From a virus, in the IMG/VR virus record IMGVR_UViG_3300002064_000002: 64,000 nt of DNA; one strand, given 5' to 3'. Made by a program: the position numbers and the translations under genes. The notes under the pieces were generated by a model. That model did not search any database and was not told the origin of the DNA. It saw nothing but the letters and a program-made list of their open reading frames with translations. This document shows positions 40,825 to 49,898 of this stretch, piece after piece. How positions within the stretch are numbered: position 1 is the stretch's first letter; each line of letters opens with the position of its first letter.

Positions 40825-41470
40825 ATTTTCTGTTTTAATGTTAAATTTAATAGTTCAAATATAGTCGAATTCAATAGCAAAACCAAGCATTTGCACAGTT
40901 ATACGCAAAGATGTGCATATATGTGCGCAAAATCTGCACACATGTGTTCAGCAATATTATTAATTATCAGTGAGTTACAAGCATCTCTTCTTTATTCTTT
41001 ATTAGTTCTTCAAACGCTATAAACCAAAAATAAAAAAATTTTCAAAAAATTTCCAACATTCATATTGACATACCCCTACCCAAAACCATATTTACCCGAT
41101 ATATCTAAGTCTAGAAACCATATCTAGCCATCATATCTAAGTACTCTACCTCTGAATGCTACCCTATGAACCGCCATGGGGGTCAGTGTACCTTCGGTAT
41201 TATTAACAATTAAAGACGTTATTATGCCGCGAATACTGTAGTGGACGGAGAACAAGTCTCCATCACAATCAAGAACAAGTTTACACTATGTTCTGGTGTT
41301 GTAGATACCTCTGCCGAGGTATTGGAGATTGGATAAATCCAATCTATGCATGGGCAATCTAACGATTGCCTGTGCATCTTCACCTTTCAGGATGAATAGA
41401 GACTACGTCTAGAATACGCAATAAATTGCCGTATTACAGACAATTCACTAACACATTAAATCATTAGATT

Positions 41471-41659
41471 ATGATAGTATTTGTATTTTATATTCCTATT
41501 AGAAGTAATGAATTGGCTATTACTGTGATTGCTGATACAGAAATAGAAGCTAAAAAGTTATTGTTAACTCGATATCCTGAACATAAAGGTAAGTTGGAAG
41601 TATTTACTTCTGAACCTTTAGTTAAAGGTGTTTTAAGCATAGAGCAAAAATATAACTAA
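41471..41659 (+). CDS. Early hypothetical protein
   Basis: First plus-strand ORF, with TTCACTAACACATTAAA leader. Confidence 0.55.
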   Translation: MIVFVFYIPIRSNELAITVIADTEIEAKKLLLTRYPEHKGKLEVFTSEPLVKGVLSIEQKYN

Positions 41660-41683
41660 ATACAGTAGCCTTGTAGCTACTGT

Positions 41684-41750
41684 CGTCAACCAGTAGACGT
41701 TAAAATGAAATCTGAAGAGACTGGACGAAACTGCAATTGCAGTCATTTCA
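41684..41750 (+). ncRNA. Type I hammerhead ribozyme
   Basis: Stem I TGAAAT/ATTTCA; core CTGAAGA; stem II G-ACTGGA-C; GAAA; stem III CTGC-AATT-GCAG; GTC cleavage triplet ending at 41744. Loop II ACTGG is complementary to CCAGT in the loop of the upstream hairpin CGTC-AACCAGTA-GACG. Confidence 0.85.
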
Positions 41751-41774
41751 CTAACACATTTAAACTTAAGAATC

Positions 41775-42080
41775 ATGAAGATTTTAATTATTAATACAGA
41801 TAGAGATGAGAATGCTTCTAGTCATATGGTAACATTTACTGATAATGCCATTAGACTACAGTTATACTATAAGTATAGCTCTTTAATGGGTATTTCTGCT
41901 AATCATAGCTGGGATAAGTATACTTTTATTGATGAGAAAGCAGGATACATTGATACATTTAAGACTATGGATAGACTTCAGAAGGAGAATCCATTTTTAG
42001 GTAATGTTTTGATAGTCACTCATGAACAATGGTTAGATAAGCAAGAATCTAATTGGAGAGACAATTCAAGGTATTACTAG
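41775..42080 (+). CDS. Early hypothetical protein
   Basis: ORF directly 3' of the hammerhead cleavage site. Confidence 0.55.
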   Translation: MKILIINTDRDENASSHMVTFTDNAIRLQLYYKYSSLMGISANHSWDKYTFIDEKAGYIDTFKTMDRLQKENPFLGNVLIVTHEQWLDKQESNWRDNSRYY

Positions 42081-42144
42081 TAATATAGCAGAGCTTCTAT
42101 TGTAGGAGCTCTGTTATGTTTTTCACTAACACATTAAAAAACAA

Positions 42145-42336
42145 TTGATTATGGAATTAATTATTTCAAGTAAGAAAATGAAAGAATTGATGAAAACAAT
42201 GGATGATACTCCTAAACCTTTTATTTCTACACAAAGAGATAAAGAGATAGTAAAAGGTATTGAGATTATGGAATCAATGAATGTAAGAAGTATTGAAGTT
42301 GATTTATCAGAAGATAATGCTGATATATTACATTAA
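42145..42336 (+). CDS. Early hypothetical protein
   Basis: Same TTCACTAACACATTAAA leader. Confidence 0.5.
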   Translation: MIMELIISSKKMKELMKTMDDTPKPFISTQRDKEIVKGIEIMESMNVRSIEVDLSEDNADILH

Positions 42337-43289
42337 TATTAGTTGGTATAACAGGGATTAATAGTCTCTGTTATACTAACTATAATTTTCTCCTAGAAGC
42401 AACTCTATAGATATGCTCCGCATATCTGAACAGATCCATCAGGCTATTACATAGCCAGATCATAACTAGTCGGCTATAGATCTGCTATTGAATTCAGTAA
42501 AACCTAGGACAATTGATACGGTAATTGTATCAGCAATTGATATTAGCGACTGGATTCAATAAGTCTAAGAAAAGTCTAGCTGGGTATTGTTAGAGTAAAA
42601 ATAAGATAAAATAAACAATTGTTCTTATCCAATTGCGTAAGGATACACCATACTATTAAATTAGTAGAGCATCATAATATGAGCTTGGATGTGTAGCAAG
42701 GTGCAACCTTGTAAGAACATTGTTTTTTACACCAAATTATATTCTTAATAATTATTGTTAAGAAATAAAAATGACAAATACGAACAACTGTTCGTATAAT
42801 TACATGGTGAAATAGGCTATAAAAGTGACTATTTTTGATGTTTTAAGAAGTTTTAACAAACCCTTAACATTTTATGTCAGAAAAAACCACTAACTTAGAA
42901 AGGAATCTTTTATTTACTTTTAAAAGAACTTAAAAAAACTCTTAAAAACAATCGCTATTAAGAACAAATAGCGTAATACTCTAGAACAGAATATTTATAC
43001 TAACTAATATGCATATTATTAAGGAGTAATGCAACTGTTATAGAGAATTTAAGGGAAATTTATAGAGCAATTGACAATCTCCCCCTTACAATCATTGTTT
43101 AATTAGAGTTTATAACTCCTTGATACTTAATTAGTAAGCTTTGAGTACAAATGATTGAAGACAAACCTATTCCCCCCTTATATCCCTTCATATAAACTTA
43201 CCAAATCCCCCCGATTAGGTAATTATGGCGGCAATCTATAGCCTTATCATCATAATCATTATTAATTCACACATTAAAAGACATTTGTT

Positions 43290-43751
43290 ATGCACCATCC
43301 TCACAGATGCATTACAATGGTTGATAGACTACCTATAGTTGGTCAATACATTAGTTTTGCAGAGAATCCGAATTATTTACCAATACATTTGAAAGTATGT
43401 GAAGTAGTATCTGTTAAGTCAGTTACTGCTAAAGAGTTAGTTGAAGGTCAAGAGGTACCAGAAGGTAATTTGGCTGAGTTACTAGCATTTGCTGTTACTG
43501 CAGAGTTTAAGAATATCACAACTGTTACTATGAAAGTAGAAGGTTTTGATATGAATAATAACTTTGAGCAAGTAGATATAAAGTTTAGTTATCCAGATAA
43601 CTGGAGTCAACTATACTTTATGGAAGATAGACCTGAGCATAAAGGTCATTACCAGAAGAAGTATGAAGAAGCAATGGAGATCTATTTTACAGGAATTATT
43701 GCTGAAGATAAGTATGCTCAACAGAATGAGTGTTGGAACTTCTTAGACTAA
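43290..43751 (+). CDS. Hypothetical protein
   Basis: 153 aa ORF with A-rich leader. Confidence 0.55.
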   Translation: MHHPHRCITMVDRLPIVGQYISFAENPNYLPIHLKVCEVVSVKSVTAKELVEGQEVPEGNLAELLAFAVTAEFKNITTVTMKVEGFDMNNNFEQVDIKFSYPDNWSQLYFMEDRPEHKGHYQKKYEEAMEIYFTGIIAEDKYAQQNECWNFLD

Positions 43752-43886
43752 TACAGCTCTGAATAGCTGACGAATATTCAGGATACAGCCAGAATGATCA
43801 TGAGATTGTTCTGGCTTATTTATTTACATTAACTGTTGGTTCTACTGGTATTTTAATATAAAATTAAATTCACCAAAGTCTTTATT

Positions 43887-44180
43887 ATGACTGTTTTAGA
43901 ACTAAAAGGTCTTATAGATAACCTTGTAGATAATAATCGTGGAGATTATTCTATAAATATCTTAGCTGATAAGTCTACTATTTGTACTCAGGAAGGTTGG
44001 ACAGAGTCGTCCACTTTCAAGAAATTACAGATAGAAGATGTTGGTACTTATGCTACAGAAGTAGTAGAAGTGCCTTGTCCTTGTTGTGATGCGCCTCTTA
44101 CTGAATATTATCCTATTACGGATAATGAAGGTAAGCACATTACTGAAGATGGGTATGTAGTATTACATTTTACATCTTGA
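43887..44180 (+). CDS. Hypothetical protein with a CPCC motif
   Basis: EVPCPCCDAP. Confidence 0.5.
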   Translation: MTVLELKGLIDNLVDNNRGDYSINILADKSTICTQEGWTESSTFKKLQIEDVGTYATEVVEVPCPCCDAPLTEYYPITDNEGKHITEDGYVVLHFTS

Positions 44181-44236
44181 CAAATAGACCAGTAAAACTG
44201 ACAGTTATTTTTATTTAACATTAAAAGACAATAGTT

Positions 44237-44467
44237 ATGAAAATTTTAGTAATAAAGACATGTGATACATGTCCATTCTTTGATAGTAATGAGTTTTTAG
44301 ATCGTGGTTTATACATGACTGGAGATTATGATCCTATTTGTGAAGCACCAGATAGTAAAGTTGAATTTAATTGTAGTAAAAGAAAACCTTTTAGTATTGA
44401 ACAGATAACTGATTTAGTTCCTCCTACAGAATGTCCTTTAAGAGAAGGTATACAAATTACATTATAA
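44237..44467 (+). CDS. Small Cys-containing protein
   Basis: CDTCPFF..PICE..ECPL. Confidence 0.55.
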   Translation: MKILVIKTCDTCPFFDSNEFLDRGLYMTGDYDPICEAPDSKVEFNCSKRKPFSIEQITDLVPPTECPLREGIQITL

Positions 44468-44807
44468 AGAAACTCAATTCAATTGCCAAATGAGAGGTAG
44501 TTGTCTTATAAATTACATGTATTATCACTAAAAAGCAGGTAATACATGGATGCTGATGATACAATCAGTAGTCTCATTCAGATCTAACACCAATAGACAG
44601 AAAAAACAAAACAAGTAGAATTGGAAAATATAAAGCTTTTAGATTTGAAGTCTAATTGCTTTATTGTAAATCTACAAATCTAGGTGGAGACCCGGTTGAT
44701 AGGATTAAGCCAAATAGAGCTTTAGATCAACATCTTTTTAGCTCCCAACAATAGTACTGATCGTGCTTGAGGGAGCTATTTTTATTTACACATATTAAAG
44801 AAAAGTA

Positions 44808-45416
44808 ATGAAACTAAATATAAACTTAGGAGAAGATTGGAAAGATAGAGTGTGGTTTACATCAGACTGGCATCTAGGTCATAAGAATATAGTAGGACCT
44901 AGTGTTAGTAAATGGAAATCAGGTTATAGAGATTTTAAATCATTAGATCAGATGAATGATACTATTATTAATAATATCAATTCTCTAGTTATGCCTGATC
45001 ATATTCTTTTTAATGTAGGAGATATTTGTATTAGAGATAACCCTAGATCTTGGTATGATAGAATTAATTGTAATAATAATTACATCTGTGTAGGTAATCA
45101 TGACAGGTTATCAAAATTAAATCAGATTCCAAACGCTATAGTATCAGACATATTTAAAGTAAAATTTAATAATTTAGATTTAAGAGTATTTATGTCTCAT
45201 TATGCGCATAGAGTATGGGATAGATCTCATCACGGAGCATATCACATCTATGGACACTCTCATAATAGTTTAGCAGATGACTGGGGACTAAGTCTAGATG
45301 TTGGTATTGATTCTATATACGCTAAATTTGGAGAGTATAGGCCAATATCTTACAAAGAATTAGAAAACTATATGAAAAGCCGTGAAATTAAAGCGGTGGA
45401 CCACCATAGAAAATAG
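44808..45416 (+). CDS. Calcineurin-like metallophosphoesterase
   Basis: FTSDWHLGH, VGDI, VGNHD, MSHY and IYGHSH. Confidence 0.85.
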   Translation: MKLNINLGEDWKDRVWFTSDWHLGHKNIVGPSVSKWKSGYRDFKSLDQMNDTIINNINSLVMPDHILFNVGDICIRDNPRSWYDRINCNNNYICVGNHDRLSKLNQIPNAIVSDIFKVKFNNLDLRVFMSHYAHRVWDRSHHGAYHIYGHSHNSLADDWGLSLDVGIDSIYAKFGEYRPISYKELENYMKSREIKAVDHHRK

Positions 45417-45418
45417 TT

Positions 45419-45583
45419 ATGAGAAAGATTAGTCAAATAGAAAAAAGAGCAATAGCTTTTGGAATAGTTTTAGGAGTATTAGGATCTGTAATGTCATTAA
45501 CAGTAGTCTATGGTAATGCTGAAGAAGTATTTTACTTATTACCCCTTCTTATAATTTCATCTTTAATATATTCTAGTTATTAG
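45419..45583 (+). CDS. 54 aa membrane protein with two hydrophobic segments
   Basis: Read by hand (below the track cut-off): MRKISQIEKRAIAFGIVLGVLGSVMSLTVVYGNAEEVFYLLPLLIISSLIYSSY. Confidence 0.5.
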   Translation: MRKISQIEKRAIAFGIVLGVLGSVMSLTVVYGNAEEVFYLLPLLIISSLIYSSY

Positions 45584-45698
45584 ATTTAACCTGAAATCTT
45601 ATAGATTCGAGGTTAGATTCTAGTTTTTGTCAGCGCCTTCTTTGTTGAACTCTCAGTTCACAGGAGGCGCTTTTTATTCACACACAAATCAATTACAC

Positions 45699-46010
45699 AT
45701 GTTAAGTTTATTCAACCAGACTGGTCCAGTACCAGCATTAGACAAAATAGAACCATTAAGAATGGCAGCACTTATGTCTCACTTTGTAGACATGAGAGTA
45801 TTTGAAGAACGTTATGGCCGTGATATATTACAAAAAGCTATTGCAGATGGTGTATTTAGCTATGTCATTACAGAACAAGGTGATATTAATGCTAAAATGT
45901 GCAATCCTTCTGCTATATATCAGCAGATATTTCCAGATTATATGAGAGAGATGTTTATTAAAGCATTTGCTCCTAAGTTTGATATCAATCGTTTTACAAA
46001 TTTAAATTAA
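45699..46010 (+). CDS. Hypothetical protein
   Basis: Start moved to ATG 45699, which follows the hairpin and A-rich leader. Confidence 0.5.
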   Translation: MLSLFNQTGPVPALDKIEPLRMAALMSHFVDMRVFEERYGRDILQKAIADGVFSYVITEQGDINAKMCNPSAIYQQIFPDYMREMFIKAFAPKFDINRFTNLN

Positions 46011-46075
46011 GAATTCAATCAGAGTTGAACCTGTTCCTCAATGTCATAGGGTTCTGAGTTCTTCTCTGGTTTTAC

Positions 46076-46131
46076 GGGGCAGTGCAAGAGATATCATGGG
46101 ATATCCAAGGGTTCGACTCCCTTCTGCTCCA
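46076..46131 (+). ncRNA. 56 nt tRNA-like mini-RNA with Ala-type acceptor, no D stem and no anticodon loop
   Basis: Acceptor GGGGCAG/CTGCTCC with G3-U70 and A73; T arm AAGGG-TTCGACT-CCCTT; central hairpin GATATC-ATGG-GATATC; no encoded CCA. Confidence 0.7.
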
Positions 46132-46224
46132 CAATAGAATATAAACCAGACTGCTTTAAATAGCACCACACGCTTAATGTGGGTCTGGTTTTATTCATAA
46201 TATTTATTATTAACAATTAAATCA

Positions 46225-46803
46225 TTGATAATGAAGAAAATACAGACAATATTTGATAGAAATTGGGAAGAAGATCGCAAATGCATAGATAAATTAATAG
46301 TAGATGCTGAAGATTTGTACGATTGTTTTGCTACTGAGAAAATAGATGGCACTAATATCAGAGTAACTATCAGGTCTGGTAAAGTAATGAGAGTAGAAAA
46401 GAGAAGAAATCCATCCAAGCAGCAGAAAGCTGAAGGTATAGTTGAGCCATGGTATGTAGATGCGTCCAGACAGGAAAACCAAGACAAATGGATATTCGAT
46501 GCAGTAGATTCTACAGATTTTAGTGAGATAAAGGATGGTGAATGGAGTGCTGAAGCATTTGGAGAAAACATACAAGGAAATCCTTTACAGTTGAAAGGCA
46601 ATCAAGTATTTGTATTTAGTTGTAAAGAACAGTTGAAGAAGATTACTTTTAAAACCAGACCTACATCATTTCAAGAACTGAAAGCACACCTTAAAGAACT
46701 TAAATCTTTTTTTAATCCTGAAGTAGGTATAGAAGGTATAGTTTGGCATAATCTACATTATGATGATATGTACAAGATAAAAGTCAAAGACTTTACTTAT
46801 TAA
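46225..46803 (+). CDS. ATP-dependent RNA ligase-like nucleotidyltransferase
   Basis: Motif I TEKIDGTNIR, EAFGENIQGN, motif IV IEGIVW, motif V YKIKVKDF. Confidence 0.8.
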   Translation: MIMKKIQTIFDRNWEEDRKCIDKLIVDAEDLYDCFATEKIDGTNIRVTIRSGKVMRVEKRRNPSKQQKAEGIVEPWYVDASRQENQDKWIFDAVDSTDFSEIKDGEWSAEAFGENIQGNPLQLKGNQVFVFSCKEQLKKITFKTRPTSFQELKAHLKELKSFFNPEVGIEGIVWHNLHYDDMYKIKVKDFTY

Positions 46804-46822
46804 TAATTAAACTCATACACAA

Positions 46823-47200
46823 ATGAAAGGTAGATATAAATTATGGCTTGGAATAGCAGCCATAGGATTAATAGCTGGAGGATTACAAGTAGATTGGCAT
46901 TGTATTGATATACATCCGAATTTAAAAGATGAGACATTATCATTTTCATGTGCAGCTGGTAGTATTGTATTAACTACATTGTTCTATATACCCGCTGCTC
47001 TTTTTTTTATAGCTCAAATTATAGGTTTACTAATTATAATTGGACTTGTAAAGTATACAAACAAACAAAATAAATTTGTCAATATCTATGAGATGGAAGC
47101 AGATGAAATAATTTCAAATAAATGGGAATATTCTATTATACCTGTAGTAACAGTAGTAGTAGTAAAATTTATTAACCGATGGGCTGATTCTAAGCTTTAG
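46823..47200 (+). CDS. Membrane protein, paralogue 1 of 3
   Basis: Hydrophobic segments; ends INRWADSKL. Confidence 0.6.
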   Translation: MKGRYKLWLGIAAIGLIAGGLQVDWHCIDIHPNLKDETLSFSCAAGSIVLTTLFYIPAALFFIAQIIGLLIIIGLVKYTNKQNKFVNIYEMEADEIISNKWEYSIIPVVTVVVVKFINRWADSKL

Positions 47201-47219
47201 AAACTAAAAACTAAAAACT

Positions 47220-47570
47220 ATGAAAGAGAGATTAATAAAACCCAGGTATTATTTTAGAGCTTTAGTATTAATAGCTCTAGGTATTATGATATATCCTACA
47301 ATAGTAAATACAGTTATACCTTGGATACAGAATTGGGATGCCAGATCTATAAGAATTTTTATTATATTGGTAATAGGATATAATATTATAGTTTTTCTTA
47401 TTTATGGAATTTCTCAACAACCAACTTGGAAAGATTTAAAACAATGGGAAGCAGATGGTAGCTTAGAAAGATTTCTTAGTATTAATTTTATTTGTATTAC
47501 AATAACTATTGTATACCATATATTTACTGGAATAAATGCATTTGAAAACTATTTAGATAAAAACTTATGA
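47220..47570 (+). CDS. Membrane protein, paralogue 2 of 3
   Basis: Ends FENYLDKNL. Confidence 0.6.
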   Translation: MKERLIKPRYYFRALVLIALGIMIYPTIVNTVIPWIQNWDARSIRIFIILVIGYNIIVFLIYGISQQPTWKDLKQWEADGSLERFLSINFICITITIVYHIFTGINAFENYLDKNL

Positions 47571-47914
47571 AAAAATTAAGACCAAGGCATTACTTAAGAA
47601 TATTCCTAGGTATTTGTTTTATGATATTAATATGGACATCTTTTGATGTTAAAATCATATCATTTCTAAATGATATATATACATGGATTACATGTCTCAA
47701 TAAAGAAGAAATAATTGGCTTTTCTATTGTATACAGTTTATTTGCTGCTTTTATACAAGGAAGTTTGATATATGATAGTAAAGATGAAGGATGGTTTTAT
47801 TATTTTGTCTGTATAAATATAATCACAATACCACTTTTGATTATATACTATGGTATCAAGATACCTGTATTAAATTACATTAAATTAGAAGAATACTTAG
47901 ACTCAAAACTATGA
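47567..47914 (+). CDS. Membrane protein, paralogue 3 of 3
   Basis: Ends LEEYLDSKL. Confidence 0.6.
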   Translation: MKKLRPRHYLRIFLGICFMILIWTSFDVKIISFLNDIYTWITCLNKEEIIGFSIVYSLFAAFIQGSLIYDSKDEGWFYYFVCINIITIPLLIIYYGIKIPVLNYIKLEEYLDSKL

Positions 47915-48336
47915 AGATATTTAAACAATTAAGACTGCCATCTAAGAAGTTAATGGCATTGACAGCTGGATTTATATTCTTCGGAGGATTAAATTTATTG
48001 ATAGCTAATTACATAGCTACTATACCTGGAAATACAATCTACTATTTAATGTTATCAGCATTTACGGTATTCCAATTCTATGGTACAGTAGAGTACGCTA
48101 GTAATTTCACTAATCATACTGTAGATATTGATCTAAGATCTTATGAAGAAAAAGAATTAGACAATATACAGCATCAAAGACAGCAATTAGAAGCAGCACG
48201 TAATAATCTTATTCTTACCGCAATACATGATAATTGGAGTAAAGAAGAAGCTATGGACAAATTAGAACTTCTAGATCTTATGGCTGAACGTATAGAGCAG
48301 CCATTATTATTAAATAAAGAAAATGACATAGTATGA
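47911..48336 (+). CDS. Membrane protein with C-terminal coiled coil
   Basis: Two hydrophobic segments followed by a helical tail. Confidence 0.5.
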   Translation: MKIFKQLRLPSKKLMALTAGFIFFGGLNLLIANYIATIPGNTIYYLMLSAFTVFQFYGTVEYASNFTNHTVDIDLRSYEEKELDNIQHQRQQLEAARNNLILTAIHDNWSKEEAMDKLELLDLMAERIEQPLLLNKENDIV

Positions 48337-48533
48337 GTAAGATAAAGATAGAAGTTGATGCACAAGTTACTAGAATGCTTGCTGGAACTATTCCAATAGA
48401 CATGGTAGTGACTTCAGTAAATTTTGATGAAAATACTTTTAATTGTGGCCCTTGGACATTTGATTTGGATACAGGTATAGAAATAGATGATGAAATATCA
48501 GATGTTGTATCTTTTATAAAAGAGATGCAATAA
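48333..48533 (+). CDS. Hypothetical protein
   Basis: Coupled ORF. Confidence 0.5.
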   Translation: MSKIKIEVDAQVTRMLAGTIPIDMVVTSVNFDENTFNCGPWTFDLDTGIEIDDEISDVVSFIKEMQ

Positions 48534-48831
48534 AAATTAACACTATTCTATCGTTTTTAGTAAGGTGCAGCGCCCTCTCAGAGCCTGCACCTGCTTTTAT
48601 TCATACATAAAGAAATTAATATGAAACAGAAAGATGTACGTTTACTAGATGGATCATATCCTATAAGAATGTTAGAGCCTAATACAGAAGTTATTGTATT
48701 AGATGACTCAAAACAACCAAAGAAGTCTAAAAAGAGAAGAAGACAAAAGTCAAGATAAATGTGTGTGAATGGTCTGGCGTCAGAAATGGCGTCGGACTTC
48801 ACATCTAATTCATAAACTAAAAATAATAAAA

Positions 48832-48981
48832 ATGGAAATATTAATATGGTTAGTAATTTTAATAGTATTAGGACCTGTAATACTCTCACTGGTAATATAT
48901 GCAGGTGGATTTGTAGTATTTATAATTACTACTATAATAGAATTATTAACAGGCAATAAGCCACCAGATAAAAGAGGATAA
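48832..48981 (+). CDS. Small membrane protein
   Basis: Likely start at ATG 48832 (MEILIWLVIL). Confidence 0.45.
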   Translation: MEILIWLVILIVLGPVILSLVIYAGGFVVFIITTIIELLTGNKPPDKRG

Positions 48982-48982
48982 T

Positions 48983-49291
48983 ATGGAGCTAATATGTATA
49001 AATGATGTATTTATAGCAGAATTAAAGGCATTGATTCCAGTACGGCCAATAAACCAGAAGCTTTACAGGGTAAGGGATCTGTTTCAATTGAAGACAGGTC
49101 CTAAGAAGAATTTTTGGGCAGTACATTTGGTAGAGATACAAAATCCTAAAATAGAGTCTGCTATACCAGGAATGATGTATGAACCTTCATTTAATCTAGA
49201 TCGATTTACTACACTTAGTGGTCATCCACCTAGTGCAGAAGAAATAGAGAATTTTATTAACAATTTAAAGACAATTAAAGATGAAAGGTAA
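48983..49291 (+). CDS. Hypothetical beta-barrel (SH3-like) protein
   Basis: LICIND..P..KLYRV..VHLVEI..FNLDRF pattern. Confidence 0.45.
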   Translation: MELICINDVFIAELKALIPVRPINQKLYRVRDLFQLKTGPKKNFWAVHLVEIQNPKIESAIPGMMYEPSFNLDRFTTLSGHPPSAEEIENFINNLKTIKDER

Positions 49292-49817
49292 AAATTTAGT
49301 GTATGGCTGTATAGCTATAATGGTATGTGTATTAGGATTTTTTTCTTATTACACCGGTACGCACATGTATGAGACACCTCTACAAGAAAAAGCAGGACAT
49401 GTAGCAATATTAGCATCGTTTGCTATAATACTTTTATTATTATGTATAGCACAAGTAGGTAGTGCTATACATTTAATGATTGTAGTAGGATTTATTTGTT
49501 TGATATCAGTTACTGGTATTCTAGCACAAACTGCTGATAATTTTGATGAAAGAGAATTTCATTATATATCTTTACCACAATGTTTTTTAGAATGTGAAAA
49601 TAGTGAATTTACTATTTTTCCTTGTACTGTAGATTATGAAGTATATCATGATATGATTCAAATAAAACCTTGTAATGAAGATATTCAAATTACATACATT
49701 TGGGGAGATTGTACAGAGACTTCTGTTAGTCATCAATGTCATAGTAATGATATGTATTTTGAAATGGGAGATAAGATAGTATTTACAGAAATATTTACTT
49801 CTCTTAGTAAGAATTAA
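49281..49817 (+). CDS. Membrane-anchored or exported Cys-containing protein
   Basis: Three hydrophobic segments ending GILA-Q, then a Cys-containing soluble domain. Confidence 0.55.
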   Translation: MKGKNLVYGCIAIMVCVLGFFSYYTGTHMYETPLQEKAGHVAILASFAIILLLLCIAQVGSAIHLMIVVGFICLISVTGILAQTADNFDEREFHYISLPQCFLECENSEFTIFPCTVDYEVYHDMIQIKPCNEDIQITYIWGDCTETSVSHQCHSNDMYFEMGDKIVFTEIFTSLSKN

Positions 49818-49898
49818 GGTTATATTTTGGTATGTCAGATCCCTGGGCTTTTTAGAATGTGCCTGGGGATTTTTTTATTCACACAAAAAAAAAAGATT

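Noticed and set aside
41176-41336. Possible first early gene after an A-rich leader
   Set aside because: ATG 41224 gives only MPRIL-stop, and the longer open frame has no start codon; at most a remnant
41398-41406. AGAGACTAC resembling the group I intron P7 element
   Set aside because: No matching downstream S element; it forms a local hairpin and interrupts no gene
43767-43773. CTGACGA, a possible second hammerhead core
   Set aside because: It lies in the loop of a simple hairpin, with no downstream GAAA or stem III
44553-44559. CTGATGA, a possible hammerhead core
   Set aside because: CTGAT pairs with ATCAG in a hairpin; no correctly placed GAAA or cleavage triplet
46823-47914. C-terminal SKL resembling a peroxisomal targeting signal
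   Set aside because: Meaningless in a bacterial host; kept only as a conserved family tail
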